Positions 60,119 to 61,575 of a stretch of 61,575 nucleotides of DNA are shown here, one piece after another (the stretch's first letter is position 1; the number at the start of each line of letters is the position of its first letter). A program made the position numbers and the translations under genes. Source of the DNA: a virus; IMG/VR virus record IMGVR_UViG_3300000358_000010; one strand, 5' to 3'. The notes under the pieces are model-generated. The model worked only from the letters and a program-made list of their open reading frames with translations, searched no databases and was not told where the DNA came from.

Positions 60119-61380
60119 TTTTCTTCGTCCTTCTTTTTTGGATGGAACACAAAATCAATTACCTTCCGATTTGCCTTATCAATCCTGCTCCAGTCCTTTT
60201 TAACATAAGTATCTGTGACATTATACCCAGACTTATGATTCAATGACATTGCTACATCATCCATCGAAATACCGCAGTCGTTCCTTGCTATTGTAGCCCA
60301 AGAGTGGCGCGCAGCATAAAGAGTTAAATCGGGAATACCTAAAGCAATCCCTATCTTTTTCAGATTAAGATTCACCTTATGCACAAATTGCTTATGGCTC
60401 GCATATCTTATAAAGAAATTAAACGCTCTATCCCCTACTGAATCCTTATATCTTTCCAAATAAGGCTCAAGCTCCGGTTCTACTTTAATGGAAATAAAAG
60501 CCCTATCATCCCGCCTGGTTCTTGTCTTCCTCCGCTCGTACTCAAATCTATCATCAACAGGAGGATTCAAATAAAACATATCAACGGTATTCATTCCAAC
60601 CATAAAGAACGACATCAGAAACACATCTCTGGCAATAATGACACCCAACATATTTTCCGGTATTCGATACTCTTTTATAGCTCTTATCTGTTCATCCGTT
60701 AAAGAACGCTTTCTTGTAATCGGTTGCTTTGGAATTTTGTATTTAGCAAAGGGATTATTGGAAATGCGGATTATTCCGACATCTTCATCGTTATATTCAA
60801 GCTTTGCCCGATTAAATAACGCTTGTATCTTCGACATATAAAGCCGAACCCCAGAATCAGAAATATTTCCAATACCACATTTTGACCGTTGACTCTTTAA
60901 ATCTTCTTCGAATTTAATTAAGAGAGAAGATGTGATATCCGAGAAACATAAATTTCGATTTCCCACGAATGCCTCAAACTTGCTAATAGCAATTCGATAA
61001 TTTTCCCCTATCCGCCTACCTTCTTTCAAAACCTTATCCGCATAAGCATAACCAAAGTCGAAGAAGTTAATTCCTTCAGGCTTATTAGAAAGTTTATCTT
61101 TCATCAGTTCACATAATCCTTTAGCAGAATACAAATCAATAGAGTGACCCAATTTTGAAAGTTCGGCTCTAATTTTAAGAACATCGAGCATTACTTGGTC
61201 ATAAATCGGATTATTCCTTTCTTTTAGCTCAAAAGTCTTCTTGTTTATCAACTCACTTCCCACATAGTGAGTGGTCGCAATATATGAAGATTGACGTTCG
61301 TGCGTAATCCGTATCTTCACATTCCAGGTATTATCTTCTCGCCTTTGATGCTTGAGGATGATTATTTTAACTGTAGCCAT
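60106..61380 (-). CDS. int: Tyrosine integrase (425 aa)
   Basis: Trimmed to the ATG at 61380 (MATVKIIILKHQRRED). C-terminal motifs are AARHSWAT and LNHKSGYNVTDTYV. Confidence 0.9.
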   Translation of the reverse strand: MATVKIIILKHQRREDNTWNVKIRITHERQSSYIATTHYVGSELINKKTFELKERNNPIYDQVMLDVLKIRAELSKLGHSIDLYSAKGLCELMKDKLSNKPEGINFFDFGYAYADKVLKEGRRIGENYRIAISKFEAFVGNRNLCFSDITSSLLIKFEEDLKSQRSKCGIGNISDSGVRLYMSKIQALFNRAKLEYNDEDVGIIRISNNPFAKYKIPKQPITRKRSLTDEQIRAIKEYRIPENMLGVIIARDVFLMSFFMVGMNTVDMFYLNPPVDDRFEYERRKTRTRRDDRAFISIKVEPELEPYLERYKDSVGDRAFNFFIRYASHKQFVHKVNLNLKKIGIALGIPDLTLYAARHSWATIARNDCGISMDDVAMSLNHKSGYNVTDTYVKKDWSRIDKANRKVIDFVFHPKKKDEEKAGE

Positions 61381-61435
61381 CGTTGTAAAACATTTAATCG
61401 TGCATTCCTGTTTTTCGTAAAACGTTCGTAAAACA

Positions 61436-61481
61436 ATTGCGCAAAGATAGCAAATTAATTTAGATATGCTATCTTTGCGCA
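61436..61481. promoter_or_regulatory. Perfect 16-bp inverted repeat TTGCGCAAAGATAGCA / TGCTATCTTTGCGCAA with a -7 box (TATCTTTG) on each strand; integrase promoter/operator
   Basis: Arms at 61436..61451 and 61466..61481 with a 14-nt AT spacer. The minus-strand box lies about 60 nt upstream of the int ATG. Confidence 0.65.
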
Positions 61482-61552
61482 ATACAAAGAGAAACAGTTA
61501 ATTACATCTAAAAAGCTATAGCTTAAGTAGTTCTCTATACAGTTTTTGCACC

Positions 61553-61575
61553 GGAAGCCCCATTACATTGAAGTA
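61553..61575. repeat. Terminal 23-bp direct repeat, right copy (attR core or DTR)
   Basis: Identical to 1..23. The integrase start lies 173 bp inside it. Confidence 0.9.

Noticed and set aside
61381-61482. 34-codon N-terminal extension of the integrase ORF
   Set aside because: It reads through the promoter/inverted-repeat region. MATVKIIILKH... is a typical integrase N-terminus.
1-61575. Scan for CRISPR arrays, rRNA, reverse transcriptase/DGR (common in Bacteroides phages), transposases and IS elements
   Set aside because: No spaced repeat arrays, no YxDD-type RT ORF and no DDE transposase-like ORF were seen. The only recombinases are the integrase at the right end and the fossil fragment at 43312..43485.

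Overview
The window is one complete temperate siphovirus-like phage or prophage of about 61.5 kb, bounded by an exact 23-bp direct repeat (1..23 = 61553..61575). The host is probably a Bacteroidales species. I infer this from Bacteroides-type -7 promoter boxes (TAnnTTTG) in front of many genes, the absence of Shine-Dalgarno sequences, lipoproteins with acidic residues after the lipidated Cys, BspA-type LRRs and a Bacteroidetes-type tyrosine integrase.

Most genes are on the minus strand. From right to left the order is:
- integrase
- lysogeny region with a cI/LexA-like repressor
- early genes: membrane-anchored LuxR-type regulator, AAA_24-like ATPase, PD-(D/E)XK exonuclease, SSB, NinB/NinG-like proteins, SF2 helicase, a replication initiator containing an 11-bp-phased iteron array, DnaC-like loader, DNA methyltransferase
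- many small ORFs
- a ParB-like plus PAPS-reductase-like pair
- terminase small and large subunits, portal, scaffold, capsid, neck, major tail protein, chaperones
- a 1637-aa tape measure, Dit and Tal
- a 1865-aa LRR-tipped fibre
- a holin, amidase and spanin-like lysis cassette

Several self-contained accessory cassettes, each with its own promoter and/or terminator, look like anti-phage or immunity cargo. These are my main candidates for something undescribed:
1. hicA-hicB-DUF4062-like operon wedged between portal and scaffold (32267..33990).
2. DUF262 (ParB/GmrSD-like) plus Rx4H HEPN gene pair behind the repressor (57456..59143).
3. Single-gene P-loop ATPase-TIR fusion (3286..4779).
4. HNH nuclease with an N-terminal reader-like domain, convergent with a beta-class methyltransferase (44746..46516).
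5. XRE-HTH plus membrane coiled-coil pair (41637..42571).
6. An ORF-poor island (55086..55920) holding a tRNA-like gene with a 16-nt anticodon loop, an untracked 59-aa two-TM ORF and hairpin-rich non-coding sequence.

All domain calls come from motif recognition by eye; no database search was run. I saw no rRNA, CRISPR array, reverse transcriptase/DGR or transposase.
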